NCBI GenBank assembly: GCA_965213705.1
Contig: OZ243913.1
Span: 3,392,001 to 3,456,000 of the forward strand
Direction of reading: 5' to 3'
Source: Trueperaceae bacterium
GTDB lineage: Bacteria > Deinococcota > Deinococci > Deinococcales > Trueperaceae
DNA: 64,000 bases
Shown here: positions 40,070 to 49,912 of the stretch, in pieces
Layout of the letters: each line of letters opens with the position of its first letter
Position numbering within the stretch: the first letter of the stretch is position 1
Notes under the pieces: generated by a model
Told to the model about the DNA's origin: nothing
Databases searched by the model: none
What the model saw: only the letters and a program-made list of their open reading frames with translations
Made by a program: the position numbers and the translations under genes

Positions 40070-41787
40070 CTCGAGTTCGCACTTTCCGGTCGAGGCCAGT
40101 TTTATAGACCGGTCTGCGGCTTCTACCCTGTCCGGCAAGCCATAGGCCCGATTACGCTGTCATGCGACGCGCCTATATCGACACCGTCAAAGAATTACGT
40201 GCACTCGGTCAGGACGCTGTACTCGTTCAAAACGGTGGCTTCGACTTGCTCCTAAACCGCGAAAATGTGGGCAACGGCAGCGAGTGTTACGTCGACGCGG
40301 TGATGCACGAAGTGGCCACGACCCGCGACTGGCAGTGTTTTGCCAGTCCTGCGCCCGCGCTCGACCCCACCAACTACTCAAGCTGGCGCAACTATTACAG
40401 GACGCTGGAAAGCCAGGGTCAAACGGCTTAGGCGCAAGCCGACCGCACTTTTAGAGAAAACCGCGACGCGCACGCCCGCGAGTACCGAGCTGACGGGAGC
40501 GTCGTACTGGCGCAAGATTTCCCCCTACCGGAACGGTCCGACCTCAGCTGTTTGGCGCACGTACAGGCCAAAGCGGAGGGGTAGATTCCGGCCTATTCGG
40601 ACGCTTGCTTTGCCAAACTCTACAGTTTTCCAGAAACGAGCGCCAGCACCCGCGCCTACGAAGGCTGTGCCGACTACGACTACACGGTCGCACCAAACTT
40701 CAGCGTTACCTTCGCGCCACGCGTGGTTTATGTTCCGCAGGGCGACAGCCGCACCATCACCCTGAACGTCGGAGCAGTGAACGGTTACGACGGCCCGGTC
40801 AAGCTGCGCCTCGGCAAATTGCCACCGGGGGTTACGGGTTTGCTTTCCTAAACCGAAGTCACACCCGGCCCGACCACGACGGTCACCCTGACGCTGAACG
40901 TCGGCGCGGGCGTGCCGCTCGGCGAAGAAATTGTCAAGGTTCGGGCGAGCAGCTGGGGCGAGACGATGGTGTATGACTACCGGCTGGTGGTTTACAACCT
41001 GAACGTGCAAACCCTGTGGGTAACCAATGCGGGCAACGGCACCGTTCTCGCTTTTGACGACATAGCCAGCTTGCCAAATTCGAGTTCCCCGCGCAGTATA
41101 GGAGGCGTTCAGCAGCCCTACCCAGATTGTAGCAGCGGCCTCAATTATCCTACCAGCCTCGCGCTGGACGCCTCTGACAATCTGTAGGTCGCCAACTCGG
41201 CGCTCGACTGGAGTGGCGCGCCGCGCCATCGCTCAACTATTTCGCGCCTGGAGCAGCTTCCCCCACAGGCGGTTTTGACTTTCCCACCGTTTACGGCTAC
41301 CCACGGCGAATTGCCTTCGACACTGTTGGTCGCGTGTGGGTCAGCACGACCTTCGGCCTCCTCGTCGCTTATGAGAACCTAACCGGCACGCCGCAAGTTC
41401 ATACGGTTCTGTCGCTGTCCTCGAGCTTGAACCCCATTCGCGGAGTTGCTTTCGACACGGCGGCAACTTATGGCTGAGCGGCAGTTATCAAGGCTCCAGT
41501 CGCGTCGTCAGGCTGGCGGCGGGGAGTTGGCCCACGGGCAGCGCGTTCGCTGTGACAGCCGACAATTCAGTGAACCTGACGCTCAACCAGGGCGTCTACG
41601 ACCCCGACGGTTTGGCCTTCGACGCGACCGGCAACGTGTGGATTGTCAACCAAACGGACGCCACGGGAACAGGTCCTGGAAGTGTGGTCAAGTCGCTGGC
41701 TCGAGTCTCGGCTCCACAAGCTTCCCCGAAGTCAGGCTGAACTCGCCCACACGCTACGCGATAGGTTTGGCCGTCGGTCGGCCTTAA
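40070..41787 (+). pseudogene. Degraded secreted protein: GH114-like barrel fragment + Ig-like + NHL/beta-propeller repeats
   Basis: IDTVKELRALGQDAVLVQNGGF..VDAVMHE parallels the 50812 protein; later frames give LWVTNAGNG, LNYPTSLALDASDNL*VANS, PDGLAFDATGNVWIVN; several frameshifts and stops. Confidence 0.7.
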
Positions 41788-42060
41788 GACCTGTTTAAAC
41801 GAGGAGCAAGACATAGATAGGCCTATTAGAAACGCCTATGTATACACTATCCGAGTAGCAAAAAAGGAGGAGCGAAGAGTCCAGAAGGGAAGTCAACTCT
41901 TCCGAACTCTTTTTCAGGTTGTACCTGAACATAGATGTTGGAAAAAGACAGCACAAGCCGGTTCAGAAAGCGAGTCGAGACGTAGTTTGTAGGTCTTTCA
42001 AGCTCCACCGACTCGCTCGAGCATTGTCAAGGCTCTCGATGAACAATAAAGACAATTCAA

Positions 42061-42089
42061 CTTGAGCGATTGAGTCAAATTCGCTCAAG
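42061..42089. promoter_or_regulatory. Candidate DeoR operator upstream of the 42182-56186 operon
   Basis: CTTGAGCGA-N11-TCGCTCAAG inverted repeat. Confidence 0.65.
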
Positions 42090-42181
42090 AACCCCCTTGT
42101 CTTGCCAAACCGCCCCGCTTAGGATAGTAACAGCGAAATAAATATTACCTGCGAATAACACCACCTCGAGCACGAGAGGAT

Positions 42182-43264
42182 TTGGAGCTTGTGACTGGAC
42201 TGTCTTCACAACGAAACATTTTCTTGGACGAGTTCAAACCGAAAGCGCAGCTCGTCGTCAAAGGGACGCGCGTGGAAGCGCCGCGCTTTCCCGCCATTGA
42301 CGCGCACATCCACTTGGGTCCACCGTTTGGAGGAAGCTGGGCGGATGAGCCTGTCGAAAAGCTGTTGGACGCGCTTGACGCTGCACATGTCGAGGCAGTC
42401 GTGGATTTGGATGGCGGTTGGGGCGAGGATGTTTTGGATAAACACCTGAAGCGTTTCAAAGAACATGCTCCCGAGCGCTTCGTTCATTTTGGCGGGGTGA
42501 ACTGGGCGCAGTGGCCGGAGCGGGGCAACAGCTTCGGCGAGTGGGCGGCGGAGCGTTTTCGTCAGCAAGTCGCGCGAGGGGCGCAAGGGCTCAAAGTTTG
42601 GAAGCCCTTCGGCCTGCATGTTAAAGACCAGCGCGGTGATTTAGTTGCGGTGAATGACGAACGGCTCGAGCCCCTCTGGGACACAGTGGGTGAGTTGGGT
42701 GTTCCCGTCATCATCCACGTCGCCGACCCCGCCGCCTTTTTCGCTCCGGTAGGCGCTCATAACGAGCGCTGGGAAGAATTACACGCCCATCCCAACTGGC
42801 AGTTTACAAGCCCGCCCTTTCCGAGCTTCAAGACAATTATGGAAGACTTCGCCAGTTTGGTCAGGCGTCACGAGAACACGACGTTTATCGGCGCGCACGT
42901 GGGCTGTTACGCGGAAAATTTGGGCTGGGTCGGGTCGCTGCTCGACGAATGCCCCAACTTTTATGTGGACATCAGCGCCCGAATCGGTGAACTCGGGCGG
43001 CAGCCGTACACGGCGCGCAAGTTTTTTATTCGGTACGCCGACCGAATTTTATTCGGCACCGACGCAGACGCTGCGCTCGAGACCTACCAGCTTTACTACC
43101 GCTTTTTGGAAAGCGACGACGAATATTTTAACTACAACCTGAGCGAGGTGCCGCAGCAAGGCCGCTGGTACGCTTACGGACTTTATTTACCGGACGAGGT
43201 TCTTAAACAGGTTTACCACCAGAACGCATCGCGCCTGATACTGCGCGCCGGAGAGGAAGCGTAA
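42182..43264 (+). CDS. Amidohydrolase family 2 metallo-hydrolase
   Basis: IDAHIH, GLKVW, IIHVADP, GAHVG, ILFGTD; stop overlaps the next start. Confidence 0.9.
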   Translation: MELVTGLSSQRNIFLDEFKPKAQLVVKGTRVEAPRFPAIDAHIHLGPPFGGSWADEPVEKLLDALDAAHVEAVVDLDGGWGEDVLDKHLKRFKEHAPERFVHFGGVNWAQWPERGNSFGEWAAERFRQQVARGAQGLKVWKPFGLHVKDQRGDLVAVNDERLEPLWDTVGELGVPVIIHVADPAAFFAPVGAHNERWEELHAHPNWQFTSPPFPSFKTIMEDFASLVRRHENTTFIGAHVGCYAENLGWVGSLLDECPNFYVDISARIGELGRQPYTARKFFIRYADRILFGTDADAALETYQLYYRFLESDDEYFNYNLSEVPQQGRWYAYGLYLPDEVLKQVYHQNASRLILRAGEEA

Positions 43265-44283
43265 TGCCGGGAGAACACACCTATGAAGAAATCATGTCGC
43301 AGCCCGAAGCCTGGACGGCGGCGCTCGAGCTTCTACGCACGCACTCGGATGAGATTGAGGATGTCAACCCACACGACTACGACGAGGTGATTTTCACAGG
43401 CTGCGGCTCGACCTATTACCTGGCGGTTGCAGCGGCGGCGCTCTTTCAAGAACTCGACGGCGTGTGCGCGCGCGGGCTGCCCGCGTCTGAAATCTGGCTC
43501 TATCCCAAAGGCGCGTACAGCGCGAAGCGCAAGACCTTGCTCGTCGCCGTGAGCCGCTCGGGTACGACCACCGAAACGGTCCGGGCTGTGGAAAGTTTCA
43601 GAAAAAAAGCTGCCGGCAAGGTCGTCACCCTCACCTGCTACCCGCAGAGCGTATTGGCGCGGTTGGGTGACGTCAACCTGGTCTTCGAGTCCGGTCAAGA
43701 AAAGAGCATTGCACAAACGCGGGCATTTAGCGTGCTCTACTTAGCAACCACATATTTAGGACATGTTTGGGCGGGGGCGTCGCTCGAGTCCATAGACTTT
43801 TTGCCTAACGTGTGCAGGCGGCTGCTCGAGACCCACCCGGCCCTCGCCGAACGTTTTGGACGCAACAGCCGCTTCGACCGCTTTTACTTTTTGGGCTCCG
43901 GGCCGCGCTACGGCCTGGCCTGCGAACTCAGCCTCAAGATGAAAGAAATGACCCTGAGCCACAGCGAACCCTTTCACTTTCTGGAGTTCCGGCACGGCCC
44001 GCAGTCGATGGTGAGCGACACGACCCTCATCATCGGCTTGGTCTCGGAGGTCAACGGGATGTACGAGCGCTCCGTACTGCGGGAGATGAAAGAACGCGGC
44101 GCGCACGTGTTAAGCCTCGCTGACAAAAACGCCGATGTCGCTTTTGGGTCGGGCGTGCAGGAGCCTTTACGCAACCCTCTGTACTTGCCCGTCGTTCAAC
44201 TTCTAGCTTTTGAACGTTCCCTTTTCAAGGGGCTCGAGCCCGACCGGCCTCACAACCTGGAGGCGGTCGTCATGCTTGAGTAG
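43264..44283 (+). CDS. Tandem-SIS hexosamine-6-phosphate deaminase/isomerase (AgaS/GlmD-like, no glutaminase domain)
   Basis: EIMSQP, GCGSTY, SRSGTTTET, EKSIAQTRAF, LKMKEM, EFRHGP, DRPHNL..VV. Confidence 0.9.
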   Translation: MPGEHTYEEIMSQPEAWTAALELLRTHSDEIEDVNPHDYDEVIFTGCGSTYYLAVAAAALFQELDGVCARGLPASEIWLYPKGAYSAKRKTLLVAVSRSGTTTETVRAVESFRKKAAGKVVTLTCYPQSVLARLGDVNLVFESGQEKSIAQTRAFSVLYLATTYLGHVWAGASLESIDFLPNVCRRLLETHPALAERFGRNSRFDRFYFLGSGPRYGLACELSLKMKEMTLSHSEPFHFLEFRHGPQSMVSDTTLIIGLVSEVNGMYERSVLREMKERGAHVLSLADKNADVAFGSGVQEPLRNPLYLPVVQLLAFERSLFKGLEPDRPHNLEAVVMLE

Positions 44284-44337
44284 CCGCTTCCTCAGCCCGT
44301 CGGCCTTCAGCACCCCACACTTCTTAGGAGGTAACAA

Positions 44338-45543
44338 GTGAAACGGTTTCTCGCACTCTGCATTTTATTAAACTGTCTCTCGGCTGCTTTTGCGCAGACC
44401 ACCATCAGCTACGCCATTTGGGACAACAACCAGCTCCCGGCGCACGAGCAAATCGTCGCCGCATTCGAAGAGGAGCAGCCCGACATCAATGTCGATGTTC
44501 AAGTGGTGCCCTGGGGCAACTATTGGGACAAGCTCCAGACCGCCGTCGCGGGCGGCGAAGCTTATGATGTGTTCTGGATGAACGGCCCGAACTTTCCTGT
44601 GTACGCGTCCAAGGGCGTTTTGATGGATTTACAAGACCGCGTGTCGGCGGACAGCCTGGACACGAGCGTCTACCCCCAAGCCCTGGTCGATTTGTACAGC
44701 TTTGAAGGCGACGTGTACGGCCTGCCCAAAGATTTCGACACCATTGGGCTGTACTATAACAAAGATATGTTCGACGCGGCGGGTGTAGAGTACCCCAACG
44801 CCGACTGGACTTGGGATGACCTCAAAACCGCCGCGCAAGCCCTGACCAAAGACGGCAACTGGGGCTTCGCCTCGACCACGGCGGACCAGGCGGGCTACTG
44901 GAACTTCATCTATGAAAATGGCGGTCAGGTCATCAGTGAAGACGGTACGCAAGTTTTAATTGGCGAACCCGCTGCCTGCGCAGCCATCGACTACCTGTAC
45001 AGCTTCGTGCAAGACGGCCTCTCGCCCGACGGCGCGACCATGTCCTCGGTTGATCCCTGGACGCAGCTTTTCCCCGGTGGCCGGGTCGCTATGGTTGTGG
45101 GCGGCTCGTGGTTGGCGCGAACCTACGCCGACGCCGAGCCGACTATCGACGTTGCGCCCTTGCCGCAAGAGGCGCAGCGCGCCACCATCATTCACGGGCT
45201 CGCCAACGTTATGTGGTCCAAAACCGAACACCCCGACGCAGCCTGGGAGTTCGTCAAGTTTTTGGGTAGCGACAAAGCGGCGACCATTTTGGCCCAGTCC
45301 GGCACGGTCATCCCGGCCTACAACGGCTTTCAAGACGCTTGGGTCGAGTCGATTCCCGACATGAACCTGCGCTCCTTTATGGACGCCACCGACTACGCCG
45401 TGCCCTACCCGACAGCGGCGCAAGGTATGGAATGGAACACCAAAGTTGCCGAAGTGCTGGGCGAGGTATGGAACGGCAATCAGCCCATAGAGGGCGCGTG
45501 TCAAGAAGCCGCCAACGCTGCCAACGCTGTATTAAGTCAATAG
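44338..45543 (+). CDS. Sugar ABC substrate-binding protein 1
   Basis: Signal peptide AFA-Q; YWDKLQT, YGLPKDFDTIGLYYNKDMFDAAGV; AGGAGG RBS. Confidence 0.95.
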   Translation: MKRFLALCILLNCLSAAFAQTTISYAIWDNNQLPAHEQIVAAFEEEQPDINVDVQVVPWGNYWDKLQTAVAGGEAYDVFWMNGPNFPVYASKGVLMDLQDRVSADSLDTSVYPQALVDLYSFEGDVYGLPKDFDTIGLYYNKDMFDAAGVEYPNADWTWDDLKTAAQALTKDGNWGFASTTADQAGYWNFIYENGGQVISEDGTQVLIGEPAACAAIDYLYSFVQDGLSPDGATMSSVDPWTQLFPGGRVAMVVGGSWLARTYADAEPTIDVAPLPQEAQRATIIHGLANVMWSKTEHPDAAWEFVKFLGSDKAATILAQSGTVIPAYNGFQDAWVESIPDMNLRSFMDATDYAVPYPTAAQGMEWNTKVAEVLGEVWNGNQPIEGACQEAANAANAVLSQ

Positions 45544-45556
45544 GGCAGGAAAATAT

Positions 45557-45594
45557 GGTGAGAGGGGTTAACAAAGGTTGTTACCCCTCTCACC
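45557..45594. other. Stem-loop after the SBP1 gene
   Basis: GGTGAGAGGGGTTAACAA-AGG-TTGTTACCCCTCTCACC. Confidence 0.75.
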
Positions 45595-45634
45595 TCGGTC
45601 CTCAGCTTTTCTAGGTCTTTTCTAAGGGAGTTAC

Positions 45635-46534
45635 GTGATGGCGCTCAACGTCAGAAGAAGTAAAAAGGCCCGTAACGAGGCCCTATGGGGCTATCTGATG
45701 ATTGCCCCGATGGTAGTGGGTCTCGGCGTGTTTTTTTATCTGGCCTTGGGTGCGTCTTTCTTCGTCAGTTTGACGAAGTGGGACGTGTTGAGCGCACCCG
45801 AGTGGGTGGGGTTGGGCAATTTCCGCACTCTTTTCGGCGATACGACCTTTCGGCGAGCGCTGTGGAACACTACCTATTACACTCTACTAAGCGTTCCCAT
45901 CGGTGTGTTCGTGTCGCTCACACTGGCGGTCGCGTTGAACACGGACCTGCGCTTTCGTAACCTCTACCGACTTATTTTCTTTTTGCCCGTCTTGACTATG
46001 CCGGTCGCCATCGGGGTGGTGTGGAACTGGATTTACAACCCGGACTTCGGGCTTTTCAACCAGGTGTTGCGACTTTTCGACGGTCCGCGCATCAAGTGGC
46101 TCACCGACCCAAGTTTCGCCATGCCCGCGCTCGTGATTTTGGCGGTTTGGCAGGGCTCGGGCTACGGCATGATTATCTTTTTGGCAGGCCTACAAAACAT
46201 TCCCAAAGAGTATTACGAGGCGGCAGAAATCGACGGAGCGAATCCCTGGCACCGCTTTCGCTACGTGACGCTGCCGCTGCTCAGTCCGACGATGTTCTTC
46301 GTGACGGTCACTTCTCTTATCGGTGCCTTTCAAGTGTTCGACGTCGTTTACGCTATGACCGCCGGGCGTGCCTCGGACACGCTGCGCACTGTCGTATACA
46401 TGATTTACGAGGAAGGATTCAGGTTTTTCCGCATGGGTCAAGCCACCGCCATCGCATGGATACTTTTCATCATTATTTTGGTCGTTACTGCGGTGCAACT
46501 GTGGTTGCAGCGGCGCTGGGTTCACTATGAATGA
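45635..46534 (+). CDS. Carbohydrate ABC permease
   Basis: FLAGLQNIP.EYYEAAEIDGA, IGAFQVFD. Confidence 0.95.
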   Translation: MMALNVRRSKKARNEALWGYLMIAPMVVGLGVFFYLALGASFFVSLTKWDVLSAPEWVGLGNFRTLFGDTTFRRALWNTTYYTLLSVPIGVFVSLTLAVALNTDLRFRNLYRLIFFLPVLTMPVAIGVVWNWIYNPDFGLFNQVLRLFDGPRIKWLTDPSFAMPALVILAVWQGSGYGMIIFLAGLQNIPKEYYEAAEIDGANPWHRFRYVTLPLLSPTMFFVTVTSLIGAFQVFDVVYAMTAGRASDTLRTVVYMIYEEGFRFFRMGQATAIAWILFIIILVVTAVQLWLQRRWVHYE

Positions 46535-46574
46535 GTTCGGAATAAACAAGCGCGTGACGGGTAGGAGGTAAAGC

Positions 46575-47459
46575 GTGCAGAAATCTGCTCGGACCGCCAC
46601 GGTCAAACCCAAAGTTGACCCGGATGTGCGGCGTCATCTTGGTAACCACGCACGTTTCGGCCTGTTGCACCTCGCTTTGATCCTGGCGGGCATCACCGCG
46701 CTCATTCCGTTTATCTGGATGATTTCGACCTCGCTCAAGGGGCAGATGGAAGTCTTGAGCGCGACCCCGACCTTTTGGCCCGAAGCGTGGCGCTGGCAAA
46801 ATTACAAAGAGGTGTTCGAGCAAGTTCCCTTCGGACGCTTTTACCTCAACACCATCATCGTGACGGTGGCGAGGGTGGTGGGCCAAGTCTTTTTCGCCTC
46901 GCTGGCAGCCTTTGCATTTGCGCGGCTGAAATTTCCCGGCCGCAACGTCCTCTTTTTGGGTGTGCTCGCGGTGATGATGGTGCCGGGTCAGGTCACGCTG
47001 GTGCCCAACTACATCATCTTGAAGTATCTGGGCTGGCTCGACAGTTATCAGGGGCTGATCGTGCCAAGTTTGTTCAGCGCCTTTGGGACTTTTTTACTGC
47101 GGCAGTTTTACATGTCGCTGCCGCAAAACCTCATCGACGCGGCGGTCTTGGAAGGCTGCAACCCGCTGCAAGTCTTTTGGCACGTGGCCTTGCCGCTGTC
47201 GCGCTCCATTATGGTGGCCTTCGGCGTGCTGGTCACGCTGTGGTCGTGGAACGATTTCTTATGGCCGCTGATTATTACCAACAGTACCAAAATGCAGATG
47301 CTCTCGGTCGGTATCGCTTTCTTTCAAGGGCAGTTTGTCAGCAACTTCGCGGTAATGATGGCGGCGGCGACGCTCGCAACCCTGCCGATGGTGATTGTGT
47401 TCATCTTCGCGCAGCGTTATCTCATCGAGGGCATCACCATGAGCGGGATGAAATTGTGA
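46575..47459 (+). CDS. Carbohydrate ABC permease
   Basis: AFAFARLKFPGR, FGTFLLRQF, WNDFLWPL. Confidence 0.95.
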   Translation: MQKSARTATVKPKVDPDVRRHLGNHARFGLLHLALILAGITALIPFIWMISTSLKGQMEVLSATPTFWPEAWRWQNYKEVFEQVPFGRFYLNTIIVTVARVVGQVFFASLAAFAFARLKFPGRNVLFLGVLAVMMVPGQVTLVPNYIILKYLGWLDSYQGLIVPSLFSAFGTFLLRQFYMSLPQNLIDAAVLEGCNPLQVFWHVALPLSRSIMVAFGVLVTLWSWNDFLWPLIITNSTKMQMLSVGIAFFQGQFVSNFAVMMAAATLATLPMVIVFIFAQRYLIEGITMSGMKL

Positions 47460-47588
47460 GTCAGTAGTTGGTGGGAGGCGGCGGTAGTCGGCAGTCAGAA
47501 TTCAGTCGTCGGAAGGTGTGAGGTGGTCTGAGGTGAAGCAAGCAGCAACCGGCAAAACGTCCAAACCCTGTTTCCTAAGGAGGAAAGC

Positions 47589-48830
47589 ATGAAAAAAGCC
47601 CTGATTGCACTCGCGCCCTTCCTGCTCAGCGTGTCGCTGGCACAGACCGACATCACCTTTATGGCCTGGGGCTCGCCGGAGGAACTGGCCGTCTGGCAAA
47701 CCATCGCCGACGAGTTTAGCGAGACCCACCCCGACATCACCGTCAACGTAGACGTGAGCGATTGGGACGCTTACTTTAACAAGCTCCAAACGCTCTTCGC
47801 GGGCGGTACCCCGCCCGACGTATTCGCGATGGACGCCCCACTCTACCCGGACTGGCAGTCGCGGGGCGTGTTGAAAAACCTACAGCCCTACCTGGTCACC
47901 GAGCCGGATGTGCTGGACGGCTTTTACCCGGTGACGCTACGAGCTTACGAAACTGAAGACGGTTACTACGGTTTGCCCAGGGACTTTCAAACCATTGTGC
48001 TGTACTACAACAAAGACATGTTCGACGCGGCGGGCGTGGACTACCCTACCGACGACTGGACGCTTGAAGATTTGCGTGACGCCGCCAAAGCTTTAACCCA
48101 AGACACCGACGGCGACGGCACTACCGACCAGTGGGGCTTCTGGGCGGACTTTTACGACCTCGAGCTGTTTTGGGGTGGCGCGATTTTAGGCTCGGGCGGA
48201 CAAATTTTGAGTGGCGACCACACCACGACGCTGCTCGACAAAGAACCCGCCAGAGACGTGTTCCACCTGATCAGCGACATGATGTTCGAGGACGGCTCGG
48301 TGCCGGACACGGGCGAGGCCGAACAGTACGGCTACGACATCTTTTTGGCCGAGCGTGCCGCCATGACTACCATCGGCCACTGGTCGGTGCCCGAGTACAC
48401 CGCGCAGGGCATCAACTTCGATGTAGCCGCCTTCCCGGCAGGACCAAAAGAGCGCGCAACGATTGTGAACAGCGCGGGCTTCGTCATCGCCGACGCTTCA
48501 CCGAACGCCGACGCCGCCTGGGAGTTCGTCAAGTACGCGGTCGGCCCGAGTGGGCAAACACGCCTGGCCGAACTCGGTTTCGCTTTACCCGTGTTGCAGT
48601 CGGTCGCGGAGAGCCCGGTGTTTTTAGAGCAGGGCTCGAACATCAACCAGCAGGTTTATTTGGACGCGCTTCAATACGCCGTGCCCAAACCGTCGTTCAA
48701 AGGCTACGGCGAGTGGTCGGCGGCGGTCGGTGATACCTTAGCACTCGTCTGGTCGGGGGATTTGACGATTGACGAGGCGCTCGACGAACTCGTGCCATTA
48801 GCTAACGACGTTTTGGACGCGAATCAGTAA
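47589..48830 (+). CDS. Sugar ABC substrate-binding protein 2
   Basis: Signal peptide; KLQTLFAGGTPPDV, YGLPRDFQTIVLYYNKDMFD; paralogous to SBP1. Confidence 0.95.
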   Translation: MKKALIALAPFLLSVSLAQTDITFMAWGSPEELAVWQTIADEFSETHPDITVNVDVSDWDAYFNKLQTLFAGGTPPDVFAMDAPLYPDWQSRGVLKNLQPYLVTEPDVLDGFYPVTLRAYETEDGYYGLPRDFQTIVLYYNKDMFDAAGVDYPTDDWTLEDLRDAAKALTQDTDGDGTTDQWGFWADFYDLELFWGGAILGSGGQILSGDHTTTLLDKEPARDVFHLISDMMFEDGSVPDTGEAEQYGYDIFLAERAAMTTIGHWSVPEYTAQGINFDVAAFPAGPKERATIVNSAGFVIADASPNADAAWEFVKYAVGPSGQTRLAELGFALPVLQSVAESPVFLEQGSNINQQVYLDALQYAVPKPSFKGYGEWSAAVGDTLALVWSGDLTIDEALDELVPLANDVLDANQ

Positions 48831-48893
48831 GAGGCGCTTGAGGGGTGGTGGAGACTGCTGCTCGAGTTCCCAAACATCTTCATAGGCTATTGA

Positions 48894-48960
48894 GGGGGAT
48901 TTACTTGCGACCACGTCTTAAATCCCCCGCCCCGAAGGGCCACCCCCTTTTTAAGGGGGC
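48894..48960. repeat. REP-like palindromic intergenic element
   Basis: GGGGGATTTA...TAAATCCCCC pair plus CCCCCTT-TTT-AAGGGGG hairpin. Confidence 0.55.
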
Positions 48961-49029
48961 AAGGTCAAAAGCTGTTCGTCTCAAAGCGTTCTCAAAGCCA
49001 ACTCACCCACTTAGGACGGGTTTTATCCT

Positions 49030-49911
49030 ATGGAAACCGGCATCAAACCCTTAGGACGCGAGCGCATTTGGCTCTTCTTGCTCCTCGCGCCAACACTGCT
49101 GGGTCTTCTCTTCGGCGCGTTCGGCTCGGTGCTGGCGAGCGTGTTTATCAGCCTGACGAGTTGGGACTTGCTGACGCCGCCCGAGTGGGTCGGGATTAAG
49201 AATTATCTCGATTTGGTCAGCGACCGGATGTTTCTCAAGTCACTGCGCATCACCACGCAGTTCGCGGCAATGTACGTGCCGGGGGTCATCATCTTGTCGC
49301 TCATCGTGGCGCTCTTGCTCAACCGCAAGATTCGTGGCGTGAGCTTTTTTCGGGTGCTGTTTTTCTTGCCGGTGATTTCGTCGTCGGTCGCGGTCGGCCT
49401 CTTATGGACTTGGATTTACGCGCAAAACAACGGGCTCTTAAACTACATTATCACCTTCTTAGGCGGCGAGCCGGTGCGCTGGCTGAGCCGCGATTTAGCG
49501 CTCTATTCGGTCACGGTCGTGAACATCTGGGGCGCGGTGGGCGAGGGCATGATTATCTTTTTGGCGGGGCTGCAAGCGGTGCCGCGCGACTATTACGAGG
49601 CGGCCAAGCTGGACGGCGCGAACGGGTTTCAGCTTCTTACCAACATCACCCTGCCTTTAATCGTGCCGAGTATCTTTTTTCAGGGGGTCATCTCGACCAT
49701 CAATGCGTTTCAGGTGTTCGAGTACATTTATATTTTGACGCGGACCTCGAGCGGCGGCTCCACCACCCCGACCCTGGTCTTTACCATCTACCGTAACGGG
49801 TTCAACTACTTCCGCATGGGCCAGGCGAGCGCGCAGGCTATCGTGCTAGCGGTGATTATCTTCTTTTTGACGCTGATTTACTTCCGCATTCAGAAACGTT
49901 GGGTGGTGTGA
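49030..49911 (+). CDS. Carbohydrate ABC permease
   Basis: FLAGLQAVP.DYYEAAKLDGA. Confidence 0.95.
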   Translation: METGIKPLGRERIWLFLLLAPTLLGLLFGAFGSVLASVFISLTSWDLLTPPEWVGIKNYLDLVSDRMFLKSLRITTQFAAMYVPGVIILSLIVALLLNRKIRGVSFFRVLFFLPVISSSVAVGLLWTWIYAQNNGLLNYIITFLGGEPVRWLSRDLALYSVTVVNIWGAVGEGMIIFLAGLQAVPRDYYEAAKLDGANGFQLLTNITLPLIVPSIFFQGVISTINAFQVFEYIYILTRTSSGGSTTPTLVFTIYRNGFNYFRMGQASAQAIVLAVIIFFLTLIYFRIQKRWVV

Positions 49912-49912
49912 C

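Noticed and set aside
47458..47520. AGTC-rich short repeats as a CRISPR or regulatory array
   Set aside because: Degenerate ~7-bp units without spacers; no CRISPR repeat-spacer pattern or cas gene anywhere in the window
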